Below are positions 1-13,200 of a DNA stretch of 64,000 bases, one piece after another. Made by a program: the position numbers and the translations under genes. The stretch is from assembly GCA_001643675.2 (NCBI GenBank), contig LSRY02000063.1, positions 310,001 through 374,000 on the forward strand, in the 5' to 3' direction. Every line of letters begins with the position of its first letter. The first letter of the stretch is position 1. Origin of the DNA: Monocercomonoides exilis PA203. Lineage: Eukaryota > Protista > Preaxostyla. A model generated the notes under the pieces. That model searched no databases, had not been told where the DNA came from, and saw nothing but the letters and a program-made list of their open reading frames with translations.

Positions 1-3000
1 AGCATTTCGCAAAAGAGCAGTTCAGCACACTCATCCTCTTTTCGGCTCCTTCCATCTTCAGTACACTCTCATTCCCACAAACAGAGTTATTCTTAAAATT
101 CATTTCCTTCATCTCCATATCAACCTTCCCTCCAACACAAATCAAACCACATTCACTCATGACATCCCAAACTCCAATCTCACTCATCGAAACCTTTCCC
201 TCTTTGGTGAACGAGAGAAGTGGTGCTGTGGTGTGAATCCCTTCAAATGTTGTTTCTGTCATCTTCAGCTCTCCACTCTCAACACTCACAATCCTGCTCT
301 TCATCACCAGATCCATCGTTGCTGAGCTGAACATTCACTCCGAAACCTCCAATCTCCCATCCTTCTCTTTCACAATGCTTTCCCCACCCCACCCAAACAT
401 CTCCCCAAACACAAATCCGCATCTCTCCACAACACACTCATCAACAAACACAATCACACTTCCTCCATTCATTTCATCTTCTTCAATCATTGTGTTCAAA
501 TGAATGGTTGCCTGTGCCCTCTTCAATGATTTCACATTCAAATCTCCAATCTCACACACTCCCCCAATCAGACATTCTCCATCAATCAGAATCATATTCG
601 CAACACTCCTTTCAATGTGCCGAACTCCACAGCAAATGCTTTGGCATGGATTCTCTTGTGCCCCACACTGTCTGCTGTCATTTCCATTCACGCCCACAAA
701 CACCTGAGGGGAGTGATAGAATGTGATCAATGGAATCAGATCAACATCAACCTTGCCAACATCATCCCTCCCACAAATCGAGTTGTTCGACTTCAAAGCA
801 TCCTGGCTGAAGTCCAGAACAAACAGCGTCTCATTCACCTGCCCTGCAATCGAATAGCACTTGATGAACACATCCTTCCCAACAAACGCTTCATTCATCA
901 CAAATCGAATGTTTTCCAGTCTCACCCAAAGAGCTGGCATTTCCTTTTCAACCAATTCAGCTTTCGGATCAGCTGCATCAATCATCAAACCTCCTCCTCT
1001 CCCATTTACCGTCGAGCACATGCACATCACCAGCGAGCATCCTCTCACTTTCAATTCCGATTCCCCACTCTTCAGACACACTTTCACCCCTCCACCTTCC
1101 TTGCTCCTCTCACTCGCACACTTCGTCAGCACACACCCTTCCATCACACACTCCACACCAACCCCGAACGAATCCACACTCATCACACATGCTCCATTCT
1201 CTCCACATGAAATGTTTGTGAATGTCGACTCATTCACTCTCACAACTGTGTTCGTGTTTCTTTCTTCTCTTTTCGCGAATTGGAAATTGTGTAATCCCTC
1301 AGTCAGCGAGATCAGGCTTCCCCCTGATATTGCTGTATTCAATATTGACACATTCACCACTGAAATCACTTCCACTTCTGCTCCAAACTCCACAAACCCT
1401 TTCGCAACACTCCACTCAGAAAGCGTCAAATCTTCAATTGCAACACTTCCTCCATCCACTCTCACAACACAATACTTCATCTCTCTCCTTTCCTCAGAAC
1501 AATCAATCGAACAGCTCACAACTGAAAGCATTGCAGAGGATGATGAAGATTGAACGAATGATGAATGTCTCCCCAATTCATTCGGCATTGTGAATGATAT
1601 GTTCTTGAATGAAAGATGAACATTCGAAACAACAATCGATTCACCTCCTCCATCTCCATCCATTTCTCTCACTTTCATAACTGTCCCTTTCTTTTCTCCT
1701 TCGATCGTCACAATGGGAGTTTCTGTTAATGAAGGAGGTGACAGAAATGATATTCCTTTGTTGAGTGCTCCTGTTCCAACAATGTTGATGTGAGATTCCC
1801 CTTCTCCAAGTGGTTCATATCTCAGTGAAATCAGGTGGTCAATCGATGAACATGGTGCTTCTGAATACCCACACCCACTGAAATCTCCTCCTTTCTCTCG
1901 AGAAACAAACCCATCCCCACTCCAGTTATCCCACAAATAAACAACCAATGGAATCACATATCCCTCATCTCCTGTCATCTTTCTCTCCCTTCCACACAAC
2001 TCATCCAATGATCCTAACTCCTCTTCCTTAATCTCCCATTTCAAGTGCTCCTCATTCACAACCTCGCTCAGATCCCATCCTGACACAAACACATTCTTCC
2101 CTTTCCAGGCATTGCATCCCTCAAATGTCATTCCTTCCAAAACAAATGTTCCCATTTGATTGGGAAGTTCAACAAACATCCCTCCTCCCATTCCTCTTCC
2201 TCCATCTTCAGCATCCTCTGATGGCACTTCACATCCTGATAAATTCACTTTGTTCATTTCCAAGCTCCCTCCCTTCCCCACCGATATCATAATCCCTCCT
2301 CCTTTCATCCCACTTCCACCTGAGCATGTCGAGGATATATTGCTTTCTTCAATATTCACACTTCCTCCTTCTTCATTCATCCCAACATTCAAACATCCTC
2401 CTCCATTTCCACCTGTCACTTCCACTCCACTCACTCTGCTGTTCAAAATCTCCAATTTCACTCCATTTGTCATTGATATTGGTGATTTCCCATTCTTTGT
2501 CACTGACCCTTTCATCATAAACCCATTCATAATTAATTCTCCCCCCTCAATGTTTATCACATTATATCCTATCTTTCCATCAGTCAATGCTCCACTTTCA
2601 AATGAGATTGAACAATTCGTCACACTGAGTGTTGATGTTGAATGAATGAATGCTTTTCTCCTTGAATCCAACTGACCTTTCACAACAAATGAAAGTCCAC
2701 TTATTGTCAGTGAACTCGAACATCCAACAAGCCAATCTTGTGTGGCTGATCCTTCATCACTCACATTCACTCTCATCCTCTCTCCATCGGATGAAGATAT
2801 TCTGCCTGAAATTATAACATCAAATGAAGGTCCTGTTATTTCCTTCGTTATTGACGAAGATGAAACAACCTCTATTTCATTTGAACTTTCACTCAATCTT
2901 GAGTTCGCACAATAATCAACTGTCAAACACCCAAACCCTTCAAATCCACAATGGTTGTGATCCATCCCATTTCCTCCACTTCCATCAACAAACATTTTCG

Positions 3001-5833
3001 TCACTAACGAATGAAAATACACAAATAGTGGAATCACTCCATTTTCATTCCCATTTTCACTCCCACTCAACCTAAACATATCTGATGGAATTTCACTTGT
3101 GTCAAAAAAGGCAAATGAAGTTGCATTTATTTTTGATTCTAACAGCACACCATCCCCACAATGAACAAACACATCCTTCCCATATTCTGCAATATTCTCA
3201 TTCACTTTCGAAAACTCAACATTTTGCCCAATTGTCAATCTACAACCCTCGCTTTCCATCTCCACAAATATTCCTCCTCCTCTCCCTCCGTTTCCTCCAT
3301 TGCTCTCTGCCTTGCATCCATCAATCACACTTGTTCCATTCACCACAACTTCCCCATCACTTGCTAAACAAACACAAATTCCACCTCCACATCCATCGCT
3401 TGTCAAACAGTCAGAAACACAACTGCCATTAATATCCAACCTATTATCTTGATCCAAATGTCCTTCAATAACACTTCCGTTTCCGATTTGTCTTGTTATT
3501 TGTGTGAATTCAACATTTTGGAAAGCAATTTGATAGGTTGAACCTCCAATAAGACTTATTACAGCACATGATTGTTGAGTTATTGATGTTATCAATACAG
3601 ATAAAAATGAAACCTTTCCCGTTCTAATCAGCATTATTGGACTTGAGAATGGAAACTCAACAATGTTATTAGATGAAGTTATTTTACAAGATTGCAATTG
3701 CAATATTCCATTTTCTTGACTTATTGAAAACAATTGCCCAGAATTTGAAGCATTTGCATTTCGTTTCCAACACATATCACTGAATGAACAATTTCCACTT
3801 GTTATGTCAATAAGACATAATGAATCCACTAAAAAGTCAATAATATTTGTTTCATTCATACCCTCTCCTTTCATTGATACATTCAAATTGTTGATTTGAA
3901 TAAATGTCTCTAAATATGTTCCTGACTTAATATCCACTTGAACTAATGCGAGTGATGAATCAGCCACTTTCGAAAAAAAACCAATTGTCTTACAGCTTCT
4001 TCCCAACTCTGACAAAGTATCTTTTGATCCACAGGCAAGATGATCAATGCCGTTATTTGAATCAATAATAATTGGACTAAAATAAATCTGTGGAATCCAG
4101 AGGTTGCAATCGGTCTTATCTTTCATCACCCTGTTTGGTCTTTGATCAGTTAAACTTCTACAAAGAATGAAGCTGCTTTTATTAACATTGTCCCATCCAC
4201 TGTGAATATAGACATCATGTCCACCTTGTGCAGCATAATTTTTTTCAAAGAAACAGAAAGATACTGTTGATGGATTCTGTCCGCTTTCGGAATCCCAAGA
4301 TATACCTCCTCCATAATTATCGCTTTGACCTCCACTTAATAGACAATCTTTAATAATGGCCGGAGAATTGTCTTGTATTCCAATTCCACAACCTCCAAAA
4401 TATTCGATCGTTTTTTTTGTATTATTTTGAAAGAAGCACGACTCAACAAATGGACTAATCACAAGCATTTGCAAAAAACATCCAGCTCCAATATGACCTG
4501 TAATGCATGAGGAAAAATTAGAATTTTTAATAAATCCATTTTTCATTTGATTAGCGTAAAACCCTCCTCCAGATGCTGAAGAATTGCATTCAATGAATGA
4601 ACACTCGTCAACAGTAACATCTGCATTGCTGTTTGTGATGGCTATTCCCCCGCCACAACTGCCTTTGCATTCAACAAACGAACATTGCCTTGTGACAAAA
4701 GAGCCACCTGATGAAAAATAAATAGCACCACCATAGTTGTTTTCTGATCCAAGTTTGAAGAATCCACAATCTTCAAAAGATGCATTTCCAGATGCAATCA
4801 GCTTCCTTTCCATGGTATCATTTCTGGAGATGTTTAAGTTTGATGCTCTGTGGCAAACCGAAAAAGTCGAGTTAGCGCTATAAAAATCATCACATTGATT
4901 CCTTAATCCTTCAACAATTCCTCCATTGAAAGGTGATTCGACTCTGTTGAAAGCGCAATTCAAAACTTCATCAAATCTTTTGAATAAATGACCATAATTA
5001 CCAAGCGAATCTCTGCGATATCTGGTCATGTTTGAAAAGAAAGTATTTTGAACTTCAACGTTGATAAAACGATTCGAAGATATGAATGGATCACAAGAGC
5101 CTAATGAAATAGAATTAAATCCACAATCTTTCACAGTCACAAGTCCAGAAGTCAAAGGTTCAATTTTTTCATCCGAAATAGAAACAATTGAATCAAGAGT
5201 TTGTTCCCAACGTTTAATAAGAACTGTCGAATTACAAAGATATATCCTTCCATTGTCTGCATAAAAAATGTTCCGTATTCTTTTGTTTTCTAAATAAAAA
5301 CAGCATTCAAACACTTCAAAGAAAGACTGTCTTTTAATGTGAGCAAAAACGGGAATATTCATTAATTCAACAAACAAATTTCTTGTTGAAACTGTTGAAT
5401 TTTGTAAAAGGCAGAATTCTTTCGATATTCTTAAAGTTGAAACATTTGATAACTTCATTTTTCGAAATTCGTTTTGATTGATATTTGCATCATCAGCAGT
5501 GGATTTGCTATTCGATTTTTTCAGAAAATATTCACTTTGATCTGTTACTTGGTGAAAAGAATCCACAATTTTCGAGTTAATTCCATATTTCTTTTCAGAT
5601 GGTACCAATATCAGCCAATTCATATGAATAAATAGAATTATTACCCAAGTCATTGACTTTCTAAGAAAAAAACAAATATTAGTAAAGGAAACGGAAAAGT
5701 CAAAATACAAATAATGCAACATTCTTGATCTTTGTGATCGGAAAAGTTTATATGAGTCTCGCATTAAAAAACTCGAACTAAACATATTTTTAACAAACAT
5801 AATAAACGAGTTCATATTCCTTCGCTTTTCCAT
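1..5833 (-). pseudogene. Giant beta-helix (pectin-lyase/Pmp-like repeat) surface protein gene A with an in-frame premature TGA at 335-337; frame continues past the window edge
   Basis: 1832-aa ORF with GGA(I)/GGG(I/M) and FxxC repeats and GxDxxxCGxxxxxC modules. Positions 1-~3350 align closely with 39485-~42835 (gene C). Gene C reads E-I-S-E-C-L-F-S-S-A where A reads E-V-S-E-*-M-F-S-S-A and then continues in frame. The true start may be the hydrophobic MTWVIILF at 5653. Confidence 0.7.
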
Positions 5834-6789
5834 CGTGTTTCATCTTCATTCAAATGAATATGTTTTTAAAAGAGATTGAAACAACGGAACATTTATTAAA
5901 GACCAGAAGTTAATCATCAATATTGATTGCAAACATGATCATTGCTGGAAAACGAGTTTTCTTTAGATAAAAAATCTTTTTTGATTTATTTTCTTTTTTC
6001 AATCATGTTTTCCGAAAGCAATGAATACATCTCCACATTCTTTCATCAATAAAATACACTGTCTTCTGATGAGCGCTGCAAATAGCGAGCATAAATCTAC
6101 ATGAATAAGAAGATATATGAATTTATTGAACAATTAATAACGATTAAAAAATAAAATATTATTTCAAAATTCAAAAAAAGAAAACAATATCCATATAATT
6201 TAGTTTTAAAATTCCAGCGAAGCTTGCAAATTTTATCATTTTAAGAACGATTTATCTTTCAAAATGGGATGAAATTTTTTGTCATTATGAATTTTGTTCC
6301 ACATAGCACTTTCAAAAATTTTTTTCGATTTTTAATATTTGAATATATTATTTTGAATGAAAATGTCAGAATTATAATAATACTGTAGCAGAAAAAGTTC
6401 GAAACAAATCATTGATTTTTTCATAATTGCAAGAATTCTGTACCAAATAGTTGTTCATCCACATTTTTGTATTAAATCTTATATTTAAATCTTTACTATT
6501 TTTTAATATCTAAATAAAGTTAAAACCTTTTGAAATTACTATTTTTTGCAAACGTTTGTATTTCTTTAAAGAAACATTTTTTAAAATCAACAATAATTAA
6601 TTTATATAAAAATCAAAGAACATAAAAAATGAATATATTTCTCAATGTCAACACGGATTATCCTCAATGTTTAACTTTCCATGCGTTTTGAATCAAGAAA
6701 GGCAATATTCCCAATATCCACTGTAGAAAAATGACTTTGGTTCAATTGTATCAAAGAATAATTAAAGATGAATAAATATTATCAATCAA

Positions 6790-7963
6790 TCATTTATGAG
6801 GAGAGCGAGAGTGAGAGCGAGAAGAAGACGACGAAGATGAAGGTGAACGAGAAGAATACGAAGATGTTGATACAGAAGAGTCAGCTGCTGAGCGGCGGGA
6901 GCGGGAGCGGGAGTGGGAGTGGGAGCGGGAGCGTGAACGAGAATGAGAGTGAGAAGAACGTCCTTTTCGAGAAATGTGACTGGCGTGTTTTCGGTGTGTG
7001 CTGTCATCTTCTCGTATTTCTCCTTCTTCTGACTCTGACTCATTTCTGCTTGCTCGTCGCTCAATTTCTGCTTTTTTCGCTTTTTCCTTTCGAAGCTCGT
7101 TGTGTTTCATTCGCCTTTCTGGTGATGTAGAAGATGGTGAAGGAGACGATGAAGCAGAAGAAGAACGCGAATGAGAATTTCGTTCAGATTTTTCGTCTGC
7201 TTTGGAGTGGTGATGAGTCTTGCGGTGATGGTGTCCATGGTTACTTCTCTTTGAGTGCTTGTCTCCTTGATGATGCGAATGATGATGATGTTTCTTTTGT
7301 CCCTTCTTCTTTTTCTCTGATTTCTTCTTCTTCTTCTTCTTTTCTTCGTCACTTTCATCTGAGCTGCTTTCTGATGAAGAATCTTCAATCGGATTAAAAA
7401 GCGAAATTATTTGTTTTTCTGATAAATAATTAATTCAAAATGGCATGAAAGCTTGCTAAAAAAAAATAAGACATACGAATGGGCTTATCATTCATGCATT
7501 GGAAAGCAAAGTGGCCAGCTATATATGTATAAAACAAAAATGAAAAAAATATTTATCAATCATGAAAATCAAACATCCTCCACATTTTTTGCATGAAGCT
7601 CTTGCCATTCTGTCATGCCCGCTTCCACTTGCTTTTGCCATTGCATATAATCCATCAAGATGATCTCTAGCTGCTTCCTTTTTTTCTTCTTTAGATTCTC
7701 CAGCATCCTTTGGAGCATATGGATCAAATTTGATAACATCTTGCTGCAAGCAAACAAAAAATTATAATATAATAAACACTAATATATCACATAAATCGTA
7801 CCCAAATTTCTGTCATTTGCAAAGCCGCTCCTGCCTGAATTCTTTGATTAAAAGCATTTTTTATTAAATTCATCATTCGAAATAACAGTGTTTTATAAAT
7901 TTATAAACAATTTGAGAAATTTAATAAAAACCTGTTGTCTTTCGGTAATCTTGTTCGAGGCAT
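6790..7963 (-). CDS. CAX-interacting protein 4 (CXIP4)/SREK1IP1-like zinc-knuckle protein with Lys/His/RS-rich tail, 5 exons
   Basis: Spliced translation MPRTRLPKDNR-IQAGAALQMTEIW-QDVIKFDPYAP...RASCKKCGG-SGHFAFQC matches the CXIP4 N-terminus (W...YDPYAP, CKKCG..GH..FQC). GT..AG introns; RS-rich C-terminus. Confidence 0.85.
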
Positions 7964-8091
7964 TTTGATATCTGTTACAAAGGCTTTAAATAAATATTTT
8001 TTAAAAAAATATATTGATCATTCCCTATCTGAAATCCTTTGAAGTTTTATTGATCCAAAATATCCAAGATCCATATTGATTGATCAAGAAA

Positions 8092-8803
8092 ATGGTATTT
8101 TTCTTCTTTTTTCATGAATATTGAGTAATTGTCAATAAACTAATAATATGTGATTATTAATGTTTATGTGCTTATTTATTTGCAATAAAAATGATCATAA
8201 TTAGCGTGATCGCTTTGTTCAAGTTGGAAGAGTTTGTATCCTTAACTATGGCAGAAGGCAGCGCTTGTGCACAATTGTCGATATCATTGATCAAAATAAA
8301 GTTTTGCAAAATTTTTGATGCGATATATTTAATTTTTTTCTATTTGATATGAATGTTGTTTTCACGAATCATTTTTTAATTATTTTGAAAAAATATATTA
8401 GGTTTTGATTGATGGTCCAAAAGCAATGACAGGAATCAGCCGTCAGGTTTGCAGTCTGAAGCGCCTTGCACTTACACCATACACAGTCAAGATTCCTCAT
8501 GGAATTCATCATAAATATTTGGTTAAAAAATTCAAGAAAGCACGCATTCTTCGTCGTTTCGCAAGAACTGCATGGGCTAAAAAGATCAACAAACGTCAAC
8601 ACAAGCTTCATGAATCTGACTTTGACAGATACAAAGCAATGAAAATTCATCGTGCTTCATTCTTTGGTCCTCATGTACCAACAATTCCAGGAAAAGAGAA
8701 GCCAGAAAATAAGGACAAGCCTGAAAAGAAAGTCAAACGCGTTAAGAAAGTCAAGAAAGTGATCAAAGCGAAAAAGGCTGAGGGAGCAAAACCAAAAGCC
8801 TAA
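8092..8803 (+). CDS. RPL14: 60S ribosomal protein L14 (eL14); exons 8092-8094, 8205-8300, 8402-8803
   Basis: M-RDRFVQVGRVCILNYG..LCTIVDIIDQNK-VLIDGP..TGISRQ..TAWAKK...SDFDRYK, the eL14 signature. Confidence 0.95.
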
Positions 8804-9700
8804 GTTATTTCATCTCAGCTTAACCACATCAGAACTTCTTTCTTTTCCTTCTTGTCTGAACGAATGATTTGCTTCGAATTACTTTTGAAACAGTTGCATT
8901 TACGTCTGCACGCATTTTTCTGTCGTCAATACACTCACCTCAAAAGTGTTTAATACTTAATACTGTTTTATCTTGAACCTTACAAATAAAAAGAGAGAAG
9001 TTTCGCTTTCAAAGAAATATTGACAATTGTAAAAGAAATGCATAATTCAGTTTGACTGGATGTTGATGGCAACAACAGAGGATAAAAAATAAAGTAAACA
9101 GAGCATCATTTAAACGAAAAAGGATATTTTCTGCTTAAAGAAAGAAAAGTACATAAAAAACAGGTTGGATAATGAATTTGCGTAACTTTGAAAATTATTA
9201 AAATATTGCAAAGTGATTCAAAATACATGATACATGCTCGTAAGGCAAACCACAATGCCTGTCAATTAAAATAAACTAAGAAGAAAGAAAAAATCAAAAA
9301 GATGCAAACATACAGAAATGTTCCATCAAGCACAATACATAAGTTTTGTTTGTAAAGTTACTTCAGAGTACAAATTAGAAGAAATAAACTGGAGAATATA
9401 AATACTCTGTAAAACATGCAGAATGCAAGAGAACGAAATACTTGCAGTTCTTAATAGAGACAAGTAAATTTGAGAGAGAGAAAGAAAGAAAGGGTAAGAG
9501 CAATTACTTCGAGAATTAGAAAAAAAACATAAATATGCAATATGTTTAAAATGAAAGTTAGCAGAAGAACGTAAATGGAAGAAAAAAACAAATAAATAAA
9601 TAATAGAAAATAAACATAAATATAAAACGAACAGAAAGCAACGTAACTAAAAACGTGTAAAATGCAACCTTCCAGTGATTGAACAAGAACAAAAAATAAG

Positions 9701-9798
9701 AAAGAGAGAAAGAGAGAAAGAGAGAAAGAGAGAAAGAGAGAAAGAGAGAAAGAGAGAAAGAGAGAAAGAGAGAAAGAGAGAAAGAGAGAAAGAGAGAA
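9701..9798. repeat. (GAGAGAAA)n 8-bp tandem repeat, about 12 units
   Basis: Directly visible. Confidence 0.95.
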
Positions 9799-10238
9799 GG
9801 TTTAATAATAATTGGACACATTATCTTCCTTCAGGTTTCTGAAGAATTGCGAGGAAATTTGAAGAGAAGAGATAACATTAACAAAAACTTTGAGTAAACA
9901 GTTAAAAAACCAACAAAAAAGAAAAGAAAGAAGAAAATAAATCAACTTTCTTGATGAAGTGAAGGTGATGATTAATCATGGCTAACTGTCAAAATAAAAG
10001 TTATTAACAAATTTGATAAGCACAAAAAATAAAGAATAAATAAGCACATAAAATAAGAGAGAAGAATAAATTGTGCATAAATCGAACATACAAAGAAATA
10101 GACACAAGCAAACAATTGACATAAAATGAATTCGAATGAAATGTTGGTTGTTATTAAAAGAGAAAAGAATAAGAAAAAGTATGCTTTGTGTTTTATTAAA
10201 AAACAGCCCATTTAGCAAATCCCATTTGTTTATGATAG

Positions 10239-13200
10239 CTACTGATAATTCTGCTGATACACCACATTGTCTGCCATTGCGCTTCGTGTGCCGAGCACCT
10301 CCGCCGAGTTCATGTTCACATCTGCTGTCGCAATGCTTCCTTCGTCTCCTCTCCTCAGCTGCGCCACAAGCATCCCCAACTCCATGTCCTCCCCCAGAAA
10401 GTGCTTCGTCGTACACGCAATAATCTCCCTCTTCGCAATGAAATGCGCCGAGTCGTCGCGGTTCGCCAGCAGCTGCCCAATCATCGCCAAACGCTGCCTG
10501 ATCAGCACATGCTGCAGAATGTGCCAGTTCTTCCTTCTCTCTCCCTTTGCTGTATTTGATATGCTTCCTGCATTTGACATGGCTCCCATCTCAGCACTCC
10601 CCCCAAACATCATCGCCTCTCCTTCCTTCTCAAACGCATCGTCTTCCAACCCGCCACCGCCGTCTGCGCTGCTCCTCGCCAGCACCGACCAGTCCATCGC
10701 GCTCATCCTCCTCTCTTCTTCCTCAAACACCTTCTTGAATGTCACACACAGCACATCAAACAGAATCAGCTGGTACTTCTGCGACACTCTTTCGTTGATC
10801 CCCGCAATCAGGTCGCTCGCGCAGCTCACAATTCGCATGCGCCCTTCGTCCAGCCACGCCACGTCTGCCTTCATCTCCTCGGTGAACTCCAAGTCCATCT
10901 CCTCCTCAGATACCGGCAGCAGATCCAGCAGCCGCATCGTCTGACTCGCATCACGCAGCATCGAGTTGCGCAGAGGGACTACAAACACAAGCAGACTCAG
11001 CAGCATCAGAAAGAGTGTCACAAACATCATCGCCAGCGACAAGTCAGTTGCACTGTTGATCACTTTCTCTATCAGTTCCATGATCGACGTGTCTAACCCG
11101 CCCAGCCCTTGCATCATGTCGTACCTGCACCCTGTCTGCAGGAAGCGGAAAGCAGTCGACGTTGGCGTGAGCAGCGAGGGCCCTTTGATCTCCAGCAGAT
11201 CCATCACCACCTGCATCCGCTGGAACAGCGTCTCAATCCCATACACAGGAAACGTCACACCCACAATGCGCTTCTTCGCCTTGTCGGAGGTGCAGTCCTG
11301 TCCTTCGTTGAGGAAGCACTCCGACTTTCTCAAAAGCAGATCTGCATTCATCTCGGCGTCTATGCGCTGCACTTTCATCCGGTCGAACAAGGAGTCTTTT
11401 GTGGAGGTGTAAGGCGACTCTCCAAAGTGTGTGCTCAGATGCATCGCGCGGAAGTAGTCGCTCAGCCCCAAAAGAAGCTTCATCAGCACCGCCGTGTCGT
11501 TCGACATGTGCTCCGACCCTTTCCACACCGGATTCGTCGTACGCACGAAGTTCTCTGGATATGGAGTGAAACCTGAGTCCGGAAACGCCATCCGCACCGC
11601 CACTGTCTGTATCATAATGAGGATAGGGGTGCGCATTCCAGAGAAGAGCAGGTTGTCTGCCTGTGTTCCCGCCGAGCTCATTGCCGAGACGACGCTGAAG
11701 ACTGTGGCAAAGATGCAGATGCAGATCATTGACACGCAGCCAATCATGCGGAGGATGGTGCTGCGTGTGGCGATGATCGGAAATGACTTGATTGTCTGCG
11801 ACAGGTTCTGAGTGTTCTTCAGCACCAGCTCTTCCCACTCGTCGTCCTCAATCACATTGTGCAGAATCCCCTTCTGCACTTCTTCGTCGTCATAGTCCTC
11901 CTGCTGCTCCCTTTGCTTCCTCAGATACACTTTCAGCTGGCTCAGCAGCTTGTTCTCTTGTTCTCTCTTCAGCCGCTTCTTCTCCAGCACTTTCTCATTC
12001 AGCTTCTTCGCATGCTTCTTCACAGGCACTCCCAACACTGACGCCGATACTGCTGCTGATGCCTCCTCTGATATTTGCTCCATCTTTTCTGTCTGCTCAT
12101 TCATCTGCATGTTCATCTGTGGTGCCCCCACTATTTCTGTCTCTGTGCATATCATTTCCGTCTCTGACACTTCAAACGGTGTTGTTGTGTCGCCAATCTC
12201 CTTCACCCCTTCCCCTTCCCCGTCGCCTTCCTCGTTCGAGTCACTCGCAAACAGACGCCGTATTTCCTGTTGGATGCGGAAATGTGGCGTCTCCAGCAGA
12301 GACATGTATGCCATCCTCCTCTCTGCTGATATCACTTTTGCTGCAACTGTGAAGAGCAGGATGTCAAACACCACACTCGCTGCACCCACAATGGAGATGA
12401 TGAGGTCGTATTCTTTGATGGCCTGCGTGTTCACCTCGTGCGTCTCCACATACAGCGACAGGAGTGCCCTCTTGCAGGACTCCACAAACGGCTGCGGGGC
12501 GTTGTACATGAGATACATCAGATCATCATAATAAGTCGGCATCGGCGGAGGAAACACCGCCGTCGTGTTGACAACAGAGCCGATGTAGAATGATAGACGC
12601 TGCAGTTTGTTGGCTGCTGTTGTGAGGGCGTTGAGGAGCCCCTGTTTGTAGTCCCTCTGCACCAACACGTCGTGGTGGCCAGCAGTCGCATTGATGGAAA
12701 AGATCGAGCAGCGTGCGTCTTCCTCCTCCCACTCAGAGTATGTCTTCGTGAGTGAATACACCGACGACAGTGTTGTCAGCAACGAGTCTGCCAGCCTGCC
12801 CATCTGAAAGCCGATCTGCCAGACAGGAGGGATGTACAAGTTCGCGTCGTCGTACCTCGCCCAGTTCCAGTACTCGTGCAGAATCAGCCCGTGCGCTGAG
12901 TTTGCAGCTACCATAATGCTCGACGACAGCTGCGTCAGCTTTTTCGAGCTTTGGATGCCCGAAAAGTAGCTTCTTGCGCGCAGCCCAAACACAAACATCG
13001 CTGAAAGAACAGCAAAAAAGAACACGAAGTGCGACAGCGTGATCAGCGAAGCCACCAAATTCGGGAAGAATTTCTCCGATGTTCTGTTGTCCCCCGACAC
13101 CTCCTTCACAACTTGGTCAAGTTCATTTCCTTCGCCCGTCTTCTTCTTCTTTCTTCTCCTTCTCCCTTTCATGTGCTTCGTCGTGTGGTGCGTATGTGAC

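Noticed and set aside
335-337. Genome-wide TGA=Cys reassignment
   Set aside because: TGA terminates the EME1-like, ATG8, DUF192 and gene C ORFs at plausible ends.
9558-10211. Hydrophobic Phe/Leu-rich short ORFs
   Set aside because: Translations of a microsatellite and T-rich intergenic/3' UTR DNA.
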